A stretch of 64,000 nucleotides of DNA, taken from the IMG/VR virus record IMGVR_UViG_3300021085_002380. One strand, given 5' to 3'. The position numbers were made by a program, and so were the translations under genes. This DNA is from a virus. Shown here piece by piece: positions 55,507 through 64,000 of this stretch. Every line of letters begins with the position of its first letter. Position 1 is the first letter of the stretch. The notes below the pieces were generated by a model. That model was not told where the DNA came from and searched no databases. It worked only from the letters and a program-made list of their open reading frames with translations.

Positions 55507-58401
55507 ATGGCTGATAAAGAAAAAAAGAAAGACAAAAAAATAGTAGGTTATAAAGAGTTCGACTCTACTAAATACATTGATATTGAACCTACTATTGATG
55601 AAGCTAAAAAGAATGGCGGAACTGTAGTTATTGCATGGGGTCGTATGAATCCTATGTCTGCAGGTCACGAAATGCTCGTTAAGAAAGTTATTGATGTGGC
55701 TAAGACCGAAAAAGGTACTCCGCAAATTTACTTATCACATACCCAAGGAGCAAAAACTAAAACCGGCAAAGGGGCGGTTAATAAAGATCCATTATCATAT
55801 GATGATAAAATCAAATTTGCTCAAAAAGCTTTTGGTCCAATTGTTAAGAAATCTCCAGCAAAAACTATCATACAATTACTTAAACTCCTTGATAAGCAGT
55901 TTGATAGAGTTGTATTGGTAGCTGGATCTGATAGAGTCAAAGAGTTTAACAATACACTAAATAAGTACAATGGAAAAGAATATAAATTCAGTGAACTTAA
56001 AATCGTATCAGCTGGCCAAAGAGATGCGGATGCCGATGATGTATCAGGAATCTCAGGTACTAAAATGCGTGGATACGCTAAGACAGACATGAAAAAATTT
56101 ACTGCAAACTTACCGAAAAAATTAAAAGGTGACGCCAAGGAAATTGCAGCGTTAGTAAATAAGGGCACTCAAATGACAGAAGAAAACGATGTAGAAATGG
56201 ATGAAGCTCTGAATAGAGTTCAACGATTTAAAAAGGCCCGCGCTATGAGAAAGGCTCGTGCTAAAATCAAACGTGGCCAAGAACGCGCTAAGCGTAAAAA
56301 GGCTGATATGAAAAAGATTAAACAAAGAGCGCAAAAGTCTGCAAGGAATATGATTAAAGATAGACTTGCAAAACCTAAAAAGTATGCAAGCTTATCATAT
56401 GCCGAAAAAGAACGTATTGATAAACGTATGGAAAAAATTCCACCAGCAAGGATTGATAGACTTGCCCGTAAAATGATACCGATGGTTAAAAAGAAAGAAC
56501 AGGAAAGACTTAAGTCTGCGCGGTCAAAATCAGAAGAAGTTGATCTCGACGAACAGTTTACAATGTTCATGGAAAAAATGACAAAGCCACAAGATAGTGA
56601 CGTGGCAGATCGCCCAGGTTCTCAACCAAAAGGTTATTATAAAGGTGTAGATAAAGATAAGAAAGATGCTCGCGCTGCTCATTTTGAAAAAGGTGCAAAG
56701 ATGTCTGACGATAACCCTGCGGCATACAAACCAGCTCCTGGTGATAAAGAAGCAAAGACTAAAGAGTCGAAGTTTACTAAAAAAGCAAGAGCTATGGGAT
56801 TTACAGAAGATTTAGTTTGGGAAGAATTAGTTGAAGGTCTCGACGAAGGTTTGTGGGGACAGCGAATTTCAAAAAGACCGCATATGCTATATGCTGCAAA
56901 CGGAAAAGTAAAATTTGATAAACGCTTTAAAATGTATAGACCAAAAGATGTTAAAGAGTCAAACGAGTTTGTCATTGAAGACATTGCAGAACTATACGAA
57001 GCGACCGAAGGTTATATGTCTGAAGATAAAGCTGGAAAATCTTTAAAAGATAAAGCAGCGAAATCAGGTATGCCTGCCGGTATTTTACGTAAGGTTTATA
57101 ACCGTGGCGTGGCGGCATGGCGTACAGGTCACCGCCCAGGTACAACTCCTGAGCAATGGGGACATGCTCGAGTAAATTCATTTATTACAAAATCATCAGG
57201 TACATGGGGTAAGGCAGATAAAGACCTTGCTGATAAAGTTCGCAAAGAAGGAATAGAAGAAATGAATGAAGCACCTCGTCGTAAAGGCGCGCCAAAAATG
57301 AAAGGTGACTCTGTTGCAATTCAACGTGCAAAAGACGCAGAACATGCAAAGGCAATGGGGCGTTCAGTAAAAACTGGCCGCAAGTTACCTAAGAAAACAA
57401 TGACTTCAACTCAAAGATCATTAGCTTCATTACGTGGAGAAGATGTTCAAGAAGCTGCTACTCCTCAAATGAAACAGGCCGCGGCAAGTATTGAAGCATA
57501 TGCAAAAAAACATGGTGGTATTGATAAAGCAGACTTTATGAAAGCAGCAAAGATGCTATCATCTGGTAATGCTGGTACAAAATTCATTAAGTTCGTAGAC
57601 GATCTTGATACAGATCCACGTGAATGGTTAATTACTAATCTTGCTAAAACTATGGGTAAACAAACAGTTGAAAAAATGTTTAAAGTTAAAATCCGTGAAG
57701 AAGTAGAACAGCTTGATGAATTAACCGCGGCAGAAAAGAAACTTGTTAATCAAATGTATGATAAGAAAGGTAACCTTACTCCATTAGGCAAAAAGGTTAT
57801 GAACCACGGTAAAAAGCCTGGTGATAAAGGTTACGTAGAATCAAATCTTGATGAGCAAGCTATAGAGTTTTTAGAAAAGTATAAACCAGCAACACCTGAA
57901 GAAATCAAAAAGGATAAAGAACGTGAGCGTAAAGCAAGCGGCAAACAACGTCCTTCAATGAACGCTAAATCTGCCACAAAGAAAACATATGGTGGTATGA
58001 TGGGTGGTCTTAAAGCTGGTTACGGTTATGGAGAAAGCTCAAAAAAATCTGTTGATACTAAACCAACTATTGACGAAGATGAAAAAGAAAACCTAGCTAA
58101 ATATGCAGCAGCGGCAATTGCGCGTAAAAAAGAAGCGGGTGAAATGGATGATAAGCCAAAACCAAAATATAAAGACAAAGTCAAACGCAAAGAGGTTGAT
58201 GAAGCGTGTGGAGCTGGTGAGCAAGGTACTAATGAGCTTACTAAAAAATACAAAAAAGATACACCAATGGAAAGTATTCCACCTGAAGTTGTAGGGGCAG
58301 CATTAGCCGCTCCTATGGTCGCCCAAGGAGCAAAGGCTGCAGCTAAAGGCGCGTATAAAATGGCTAAAAAAATTGTGGCAAAAAAGAAAGCTAAAAAGTG
58401 A
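55507..58401 (+). CDS. Large late protein: N-terminal cytidylyltransferase-like (HxGH) domain plus many small basic modules
   Basis: TATAAATA 55470; GRMNPMSAGH, VAGSDR, SAG.RD, SGTKMR; later VYNRGVAAW..GHRPG..PEQWGHARVNSF module. Confidence 0.75.
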   Translation: MADKEKKKDKKIVGYKEFDSTKYIDIEPTIDEAKKNGGTVVIAWGRMNPMSAGHEMLVKKVIDVAKTEKGTPQIYLSHTQGAKTKTGKGAVNKDPLSYDDKIKFAQKAFGPIVKKSPAKTIIQLLKLLDKQFDRVVLVAGSDRVKEFNNTLNKYNGKEYKFSELKIVSAGQRDADADDVSGISGTKMRGYAKTDMKKFTANLPKKLKGDAKEIAALVNKGTQMTEENDVEMDEALNRVQRFKKARAMRKARAKIKRGQERAKRKKADMKKIKQRAQKSARNMIKDRLAKPKKYASLSYAEKERIDKRMEKIPPARIDRLARKMIPMVKKKEQERLKSARSKSEEVDLDEQFTMFMEKMTKPQDSDVADRPGSQPKGYYKGVDKDKKDARAAHFEKGAKMSDDNPAAYKPAPGDKEAKTKESKFTKKARAMGFTEDLVWEELVEGLDEGLWGQRISKRPHMLYAANGKVKFDKRFKMYRPKDVKESNEFVIEDIAELYEATEGYMSEDKAGKSLKDKAAKSGMPAGILRKVYNRGVAAWRTGHRPGTTPEQWGHARVNSFITKSSGTWGKADKDLADKVRKEGIEEMNEAPRRKGAPKMKGDSVAIQRAKDAEHAKAMGRSVKTGRKLPKKTMTSTQRSLASLRGEDVQEAATPQMKQAAASIEAYAKKHGGIDKADFMKAAKMLSSGNAGTKFIKFVDDLDTDPREWLITNLAKTMGKQTVEKMFKVKIREEVEQLDELTAAEKKLVNQMYDKKGNLTPLGKKVMNHGKKPGDKGYVESNLDEQAIEFLEKYKPATPEEIKKDKERERKASGKQRPSMNAKSATKKTYGGMMGGLKAGYGYGESSKKSVDTKPTIDEDEKENLAKYAAAAIARKKEAGEMDDKPKPKYKDKVKRKEVDEACGAGEQGTNELTKKYKKDTPMESIPPEVVGAALAAPMVAQGAKAAAKGAYKMAKKIVAKKKAKK

Positions 58402-58967
58402 TATCTTTTAAACAATATATTTCAGAAGACTTTTCGTCTGATTTAAATGAAAGCGCATTGACCGCACTTAGAGTTGCAACTAAAGCCCATTCAGGGCAAA
58501 CTCGCAAAAGTGGTGGTAAATACATTGAGCATCCAAAAGAAGTTGCTCGGTTCGTAAAGCAATTTAAAAAGTCAAATAATCTTTCGGCGTTAGTACAGGC
58601 AGCTTATTTGCATGATACTATTGAAGATACTGATACAACTTATGCTGATTTGGTTAAACAGTTTGGTGCTCTTGTAGCTGATATGGTTCAAGAATTAACA
58701 ACAGATAAAGCTGCATCTGATGCTATTGGTAAAGGTGAATACATTGCTGGTAAGATGGCTAAAATGTCAAGTTGGTCATTAGTTATTAAACTTGCGGATA
58801 GATTAGCAAACGTACAAGACATTGATACCCGGCCTGCAGATTTTCAAAAGAAATATGCTGCACAGACTGCGCTTGCTATTAAACGTCTTCGTAGTGATAG
58901 ATATTTGAGTAAAACACATAATAAGATTATATCGGCAATTGAGAAAAAGATTAAAGAGTATGTATAG
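58398..58967 (+). CDS. Small alarmone hydrolase (RelA/SpoT HD domain, Mesh1-like)
   Basis: AHSGQTRKSG..YIEHP, AAYLHDTIEDT, ELT.DK, IKLADRLAN; starts (M)ISFKQYISE. Confidence 0.85.
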   Translation: MISFKQYISEDFSSDLNESALTALRVATKAHSGQTRKSGGKYIEHPKEVARFVKQFKKSNNLSALVQAAYLHDTIEDTDTTYADLVKQFGALVADMVQELTTDKAASDAIGKGEYIAGKMAKMSSWSLVIKLADRLANVQDIDTRPADFQKKYAAQTALAIKRLRSDRYLSKTHNKIISAIEKKIKEYV

Positions 58968-59253
58968 TTTTAAACAATATATATCAGAAGGTCTTAAGAT
59001 CAAACTCATTAGAGGTAAGACCGAAGACGTATTAAAGATACAAGATTCTAAGGAAAAGTCTTGGGTTGAAGTGCGTGGCAAATCTAACTTTGAAACTAAG
59101 TTTGACCCAAAAGATCCTTTACACAAAGCAATTGCATCTTTACGTAAATCGGTTAATGTATCTGAACTCGTGAATGGAGAGCCTGTAGGCATTAATCCAA
59201 ACCACCCACACGGCAAAAAAGCCCTGGCAGCAATAAAGAAGTTAATGAAATGA
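58960..59253 (+). CDS. Small basic protein, capsid-targeting-like N-terminus
   Basis: MYSFKQYISEG. Confidence 0.65.
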   Translation: MYSFKQYISEGLKIKLIRGKTEDVLKIQDSKEKSWVEVRGKSNFETKFDPKDPLHKAIASLRKSVNVSELVNGEPVGINPNHPHGKKALAAIKKLMK

Positions 59254-59570
59254 AAAACTTTAAATCTTTTTTAGAATCAAAAGACGAATACGATAATGAA
59301 GGTAGTATGGCAAAAGGCCAATTAAAAACCATGATTGATGCAGCGCAACAATTGCATGATATGTTATCTGATGACGAAAACATGCCAGAGTGGGTACAAA
59401 GTAAAATCACTAAAGCTACAGATTATATTGACACTGCAAGAGATTATATGAAGTCTCAAGACGGTGATGAAGCTAGCCAACAAGAAGCGTGTTGGGATAC
59501 TCATAAGCAAGTTGGTATGAAAAAGAAGGGCAATAAGATGGTCCCTAATTGCGTTCCAAAGGAAACATAA
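59250..59570 (+). CDS. Small protein, capsid-targeting-like N-terminus
   Basis: MKNFKSFLE; EGSMAKGQL, PEWVQSKIT, CW..HKQVGMKKKG.KMVPNCVP modules. Confidence 0.7.
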   Translation: MKNFKSFLESKDEYDNEGSMAKGQLKTMIDAAQQLHDMLSDDENMPEWVQSKITKATDYIDTARDYMKSQDGDEASQQEACWDTHKQVGMKKKGNKMVPNCVPKET

Positions 59571-59572
59571 CA

Positions 59573-59800
59573 ATGAAAAGTTTTAAACAGTTTTGCGAAG
59601 GTTCAGAAACATGGGAAGCTGGTTATAAGCGCCGTGTTGTCAAAACTACTAAACCTGAGCATAAAGACGACGGAAAAAATTGGAGAATTAAAGGTAAAGA
59701 TAGACCTGAGATTTCAATTAAACTATATAAAGAAAAGCCATCACAGGCAGAATTTAATAAACAAATGCGCAGAGTCGCAGGTCACGAGTTTGGAGGATAA
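59573..59800 (+). CDS. Small basic protein, capsid-targeting-like N-terminus
   Basis: MKSFKQFCE. Confidence 0.65.
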   Translation: MKSFKQFCEGSETWEAGYKRRVVKTTKPEHKDDGKNWRIKGKDRPEISIKLYKEKPSQAEFNKQMRRVAGHEFGG

Positions 59801-59803
59801 CTG

Positions 59804-60061
59804 ATGAATAAGGGACCAAAGACAGAACAACATTTAGCAGTTATTGCCGAATGGATGAAATCTGAAAATCGAGAACAAGTTACAATACATAGCAGCAGAA
59901 AACATGGTGCTATTAAATGGTTAGAATATCATCTTGAAGATTACAGATGGAAATTTCAAAAATGGACTGATTTTCATGAACATTCCATATATTTCCAAAC
60001 AGCTCGAGATGCAGCATTATTTAGAACAAGATTTTTAGATAGTAAGGAAGACAGAGTATGA
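59804..60061 (+). CDS. Hypothetical protein
   Basis: GGAGG RBS. Confidence 0.55.
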   Translation: MNKGPKTEQHLAVIAEWMKSENREQVTIHSSRKHGAIKWLEYHLEDYRWKFQKWTDFHEHSIYFQTARDAALFRTRFLDSKEDRV

Positions 60062-60588
60062 AAACCTTTGCAAAGCATAACTTACACGAAGGTATTGCGT
60101 ATCATTTAGAAAACGACATTCCGTTAGCAGAGTGTGTATATAGACCACACAGCAAATCGTTTTACGAATTTTTTATTGAAGCGCGTAAGTTATTCAAAGA
60201 AGGAATCATAAACCCATCTAATTATTTCGATAGAGACCTATTAGAAACAGATATAGGTGAACACGATATTTACGAAGAACGGCGAGTTCCACTTGACATT
60301 CCCATGATGGAGGATGAAAAGGACGTTGAGCTCAACAAGCCACAAAGAGGTGGTCCCAAAAAGTTCTATGTGTATGTGAAAGATGGGGATAAAGTCAAAA
60401 AAGTAACCTTCGGGGATACGTCCGGTTTGGCCGTAAACTTTGATGATAAAGAGGCACGCAAGTCTTTCGCAGCTCGCCACCAATGTCATTTAAAAAACGA
60501 TAAGACTAAAGCTGGGTATTGGTCTTGCCGTTTACCTCGATATGCAAATGAATTAGGATTAAAAAATGGAGGTTCGTTCTTTTGGTAA
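60058..60588 (+). CDS. Conserved hypothetical protein (DUF6321-like C-terminus)
   Basis: KKFYVYVK, KKVTFGD, RKSFAARHQC, AGYWSC. Confidence 0.7.
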   Translation: MKTFAKHNLHEGIAYHLENDIPLAECVYRPHSKSFYEFFIEARKLFKEGIINPSNYFDRDLLETDIGEHDIYEERRVPLDIPMMEDEKDVELNKPQRGGPKKFYVYVKDGDKVKKVTFGDTSGLAVNFDDKEARKSFAARHQCHLKNDKTKAGYWSCRLPRYANELGLKNGGSFFW

Positions 60589-60857
60589 AACCATATTATG
60601 ATGAACATTTGACAGATAACCAATGGATACGAATATTTAACCCTTATAACACAACCGCTGATGATTATGTTTGGCATAGGGATAAAAACGATAGAGTATT
60701 TACAGTATTAGATGGCGATGGTTGGAAAATACAATTTGATGATGAACTGCCTACTGTTATAAATAAACGTGATACGATAGAAATACCTAAAATGGTTTAT
60801 CACAGGATAATACCTGGAAAAAGCAAATTAAGGATAATAATAAATGAAGACGTTTAA
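60582..60857 (+). CDS. Small cupin-like protein
   Basis: WHRD, GWKIQFD, IPKMVYHR. Confidence 0.6.
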   Translation: MVKPYYDEHLTDNQWIRIFNPYNTTADDYVWHRDKNDRVFTVLDGDGWKIQFDDELPTVINKRDTIEIPKMVYHRIIPGKSKLRIIINEDV

Positions 60858-61221
60858 ATCACATATGACTGAGCATGAAATGCAGCTTGCGCTCGTGTGG
60901 GAACACATGCATGAAGAAAATATCAACCCCGATGATTTAACCGAAGAAGAGTTAAATGAAATCATTGGTAAGGTGATTGGTGGAGCAGCAAAGCTCGCAG
61001 CCAAAGGTATACGCCGAGGTCTTGTTAATAAACAAGGTAATCTTAGAGTTTCTCGTGCTGGACGTAACGACGCAAGACAAGCAAAAATTGATAATATTGA
61101 AAGAAAGAAAAAAGAATTGAAACGAGCCACAGATACTCGTAAAAAGCTTCAGACTGCTAGAGCCGGTTTAAGAACTGCTCGCAAAGATTTTAGAAAAGCT
61201 AGACAACAAACTAACCCTTAA
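60844..61221 (+). CDS. Basic protein, capsid-targeting-like N-terminus
   Basis: MKTFKSHMTE, LNEI, Arg/Lys-rich C-half. Confidence 0.65.
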   Translation: MKTFKSHMTEHEMQLALVWEHMHEENINPDDLTEEELNEIIGKVIGGAAKLAAKGIRRGLVNKQGNLRVSRAGRNDARQAKIDNIERKKKELKRATDTRKKLQTARAGLRTARKDFRKARQQTNP

Positions 61222-61242
61222 TTAATAATAGAGGAATAAAAA

Positions 61243-61452
61243 ATGGATTTTGCATCATCATTTAAATCAAAGATCTTAGAAACTTTAGAAGATCTCGAAG
61301 AAAAGAAAATGGATCCGGTTGGACAAGCCGACGATGATATTGATAACGACGGAGACGTTGACGATTCAGACGAGTATCTTCACAAACGCCGCAAAGCTAT
61401 CAAAAAGGCTATGAAAGAAGAACAAGAAGCTCGCTTATCAGAAGATAAATAA
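61243..61452 (+). CDS. Small acidic protein
   Basis: DPVGQADDDIDNDGDVD.SD.YLH.RRKAI. Confidence 0.65.
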   Translation: MDFASSFKSKILETLEDLEEKKMDPVGQADDDIDNDGDVDDSDEYLHKRRKAIKKAMKEEQEARLSEDK

Positions 61453-61484
61453 ATCAAGAAACCCAAATAAGGAGATATAAAAAA

Positions 61485-61787
61485 ATGGCACTTTGGGGAA
61501 AAACAGATGCATTGGCTTCCGTACCAAAATGGTTGGAAGATGCTGCGTCAAACACAAACAAATCAAACGATAGAGATAACGCAATCTTTGTTGACCTTAC
61601 AGAGGCTGGAATTGCATCTAACCGTGCAAAAGGCATTACTGGTCCAGGCTGGTGGTTATACCATACAGATGGCGGACGTCACCACGCTGAATGTCTAGTA
61701 CCAATGAAAGTAACCGCGGTTGCTGCTGGTGACTTGGGTGTAACAGGCGACACCGCTGTTGAAGATGCTATCGTAGCTGACTCATAA
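61485..61787 (+). CDS. Hypothetical (probable virion) protein
   Basis: MALWG, GITGPGWW; AAGGAG RBS. Confidence 0.65.
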   Translation: MALWGKTDALASVPKWLEDAASNTNKSNDRDNAIFVDLTEAGIASNRAKGITGPGWWLYHTDGGRHHAECLVPMKVTAVAAGDLGVTGDTAVEDAIVADS

Positions 61788-61805
61788 AAGTAAAGAAAAT
61801 ATAAT

Positions 61806-62180
61806 ATGAAATTGACAGAATCAACCTTTCTGTTATTTGCATCTAAATATTACGACAATCCTCAATGTTCCGACGTATCAGAATTTGAGGAAGACCTGAA
61901 AAGGTTTCAATATTTACGCAAATTATTTGGAAGATACAGACAAGATAATGAATTAAAAGAAAGGTTGATTCTGAACCACTTGATAATTATCTATAATATG
62001 TTTGGGCCAGAAGCGACACATATGTTATTCATGAAACTTGAAGAATACCATGAATACATTAAGCCGTTTGTTGAATACTTAAACTATATGCCTATAGAAA
62101 TAATGTATGAAGATCGTATAATAGGTAAAGAAAATATTATAGCTGATCCAGTTATAGAAGAAAAACTTAAAGGAATATGA
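61806..62180 (+). CDS. Conserved T4-like hypothetical protein
   Basis: YDNPQC, EFEEDLKRF.Y, LILNHLI. Confidence 0.75.
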   Translation: MKLTESTFLLFASKYYDNPQCSDVSEFEEDLKRFQYLRKLFGRYRQDNELKERLILNHLIIIYNMFGPEATHMLFMKLEEYHEYIKPFVEYLNYMPIEIMYEDRIIGKENIIADPVIEEKLKGI

Positions 62181-62184
62181 TCTT

Positions 62185-63114
62185 ATGATCGTTGATCTAT
62201 TTTTAGTATACCAATTTATCCGCAGGCTCGCAACTCCTTTTAATAAATGGGAAGCGTTTAAGCTTGGTGTTATTGATAAAGACGGTAAAGTACTAATCAA
62301 ATCAAAAGATTTTACTAAAGCTGCTCAGCGTAAATCATGGGGAGTTTTTGATAGAATGGTAGCCAACCTTAAAAAGTTGTTAGCTAAAGTTCCTGGCGGT
62401 AGTTCTCGATTTGCATCATACGCTGCTGCGTTATTTCTCATTAAAGAATATAAACATTTTACTGATGAAACTACTCTTACAGAAGAATTAACTGATAAAC
62501 AATTAGATGAATCAATACAATTATTTTATAGTAGATATACTCATTATACCACACTTGCAGAAGATGTCAATAGTTTAAACGAAAAGGCTGAACTTTTTTT
62601 AGAAAAGCTAAAAGCATCTGATGATATGGGCGATTGGATTGACGACTTTTACAAATCAGACGCACCACAGTTTAAAGGCAAGTCAAAAGAAAAACGCCGT
62701 AAAATGGCAATTGCTGCTAAGCTTGCAGTTGACGAGTCATTAGAAGAAGCCGCTGTTCCACGTTGGAAACGAGCAGGTACTGATGGCGAAATAGAAGCTA
62801 CTATCGGTGGTAAAAAATACAAAATAGAAAAAGCTTTAGATAGTAACGAACGCCATAAAGGCGAATGGAAAGTTATGGTTTGGGATAAACGTGACTGGGA
62901 GTGGGAGACAACCGAATATGGCAAAGCAAACGCTAAAGCTTGGATCATGGATAGGTTAAAAGAAGATACACCGGTTAATAACGTTGGTGATGGAAATATT
63001 GCAGGAATGGATGGAACTGCAATGTCAAAAGCAGCTCAAAAGAAATGGACATCCAAGAATAAAACTAAAAAGCGTAAAACACTGAGAAATATTATTAATG
63101 GAGAAACCTTATGA
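62185..63114 (+). CDS. Conserved modular late protein
   Basis: TPF..WEAFKLGVID.DG; SDAPQFKGKSKEKR..MAIAA; PVNNVG.G.IAG. Confidence 0.7.
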   Translation: MIVDLFLVYQFIRRLATPFNKWEAFKLGVIDKDGKVLIKSKDFTKAAQRKSWGVFDRMVANLKKLLAKVPGGSSRFASYAAALFLIKEYKHFTDETTLTEELTDKQLDESIQLFYSRYTHYTTLAEDVNSLNEKAELFLEKLKASDDMGDWIDDFYKSDAPQFKGKSKEKRRKMAIAAKLAVDESLEEAAVPRWKRAGTDGEIEATIGGKKYKIEKALDSNERHKGEWKVMVWDKRDWEWETTEYGKANAKAWIMDRLKEDTPVNNVGDGNIAGMDGTAMSKAAQKKWTSKNKTKKRKTLRNIINGETL

Positions 63115-63968
63115 TTACATTAGAACAATTTAGCGCAATGATCCCAAAAAATAAGGACGCTGAGTCTTGGTACGATGCCGCGGTTCCTATGTTTGAAAAA
63201 TACGAAATTAATACAACAAACCGGTTAGCCGGTTTCATGGCTCAATGCGCGCATGAGTCTTTAGACTTTACAAGACTTGAAGAAAACCTTAACTATTCAG
63301 AAAAAGCGTTAAACGGAGTGTTTGGTCGTTATTTCGGAAAGGGTAAAAGAAATGCTAAAGAATACGCTCGCAAACCTGAAAAAATTGCAAACTATGTTTA
63401 TCAAGATGAATACCGCAGCAAACGAGGCGCTATGGGCAACACCACTGCCGGTGATGGGTGGAGATTTAGGGGCCGTGGCATTAAGCAACTTACAGGTAGA
63501 AACAATTATACAGCGTTTGGAAAGTCAGTCGGAATGTCAGCGGAAGAAGCAGCAGACTACGTTGCAACCGAACGAGGAGCTTTAGAGTCAGCCTGCTGGT
63601 TCTGGGCAACAAATAAACTTGACAAGTGGGCTGATAAAGGCGACATTAAAGGATTGACAAAAAAGATAAATGGTGGTACAATTGGTTTAGAAGATCGTAC
63701 ACGTCGTTGGGAAGAAGCATTAGCTATTCTTGGTGGTAAAGTACCCGCGCCAAAAGCAGCAAAGAAATCTGCACCAGCAAAATCTCGTACTTTACGCAAA
63801 GGTATGAAAGGTGACGATGTCGCTAAAATGCAAAAAGCTTTAGGTATTACAGCGGACGGAGACTTTGGTTTCGGAACGCAAACATCAGTTAAAAAATGGC
63901 AAAAACTTAACGGTTTAGTGGCAGACGGCATTGTAGGCCCAGCAACACAAGCCAAAATGTTTAAATAA
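63111..63968 (+). CDS. Endolysin: GH19 catalytic domain plus peptidoglycan-binding domain
   Basis: FMAQCAHES, EENLNYS, FRGRGIKQLTGRNNY, INGG..GLEDR; ADGDFG...ADGIVGPAT. Confidence 0.92.
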   Translation: MITLEQFSAMIPKNKDAESWYDAAVPMFEKYEINTTNRLAGFMAQCAHESLDFTRLEENLNYSEKALNGVFGRYFGKGKRNAKEYARKPEKIANYVYQDEYRSKRGAMGNTTAGDGWRFRGRGIKQLTGRNNYTAFGKSVGMSAEEAADYVATERGALESACWFWATNKLDKWADKGDIKGLTKKINGGTIGLEDRTRRWEEALAILGGKVPAPKAAKKSAPAKSRTLRKGMKGDDVAKMQKALGITADGDFGFGTQTSVKKWQKLNGLVADGIVGPATQAKMFK

Positions 63969-64000
63969 TAAATAATACACAGTTAACATAACAAGGAGAA

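Noticed and set aside
1-64000. Cellular (bacterial) origin suggested by porin, tmRNA, galE, IscA, ACP
   Set aside because: These genes are interspersed with a full T4-like core and gp55-type late promoters; no rRNA or housekeeping operons
1-64000. CRISPR array, IS elements, integrase
   Set aside because: No regularly spaced repeats or transposase/integrase motifs seen; the repeated sequences are promoter copies

Overview
64 kb segment of a large, AT-rich, marine-type T4-like myophage genome. Core genes present: gp52, fused gp39+60, gp3, uvsY, uvsW, gp55, gp47/46, gp43, gp33, gp59, gp32, uvsX, gp41 and a GH19 endolysin, with sigma70-type early promoters and TATAAATA late promoters. Several independent markers point to an alphaproteobacterial host: a circularly permuted two-piece tmRNA (tag ANDNFAPSGYALAA), hemO plus a pcyX-type bilin reductase, DUF1127, a Rhodobacter-like porin and positionally conserved GANTC sites in early promoters. 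Accessory content includes four tRNAs, two unexplained structured RNAs flanking tRNA-Pro, a six-gene secreted module resembling an usher-less fimbrial system, a 39-aa metallothionein-like ORF missed by the ORF track, a Pho-box-preceded PiT-like transporter, and glycan-modifying enzymes (glycosyl-, methyl- and sulfotransferases, GalE, ACP). About ten late proteins start with a T4 capsid-targeting-like peptide (MKxFKxxxxE). They include a small alarmone hydrolase, an RNA-ligase-like protein and a PD-(D/E)XK nuclease, and lie around an HxGH nucleotidyltransferase polyprotein. All calls come from motif recognition by eye; no searches were run.
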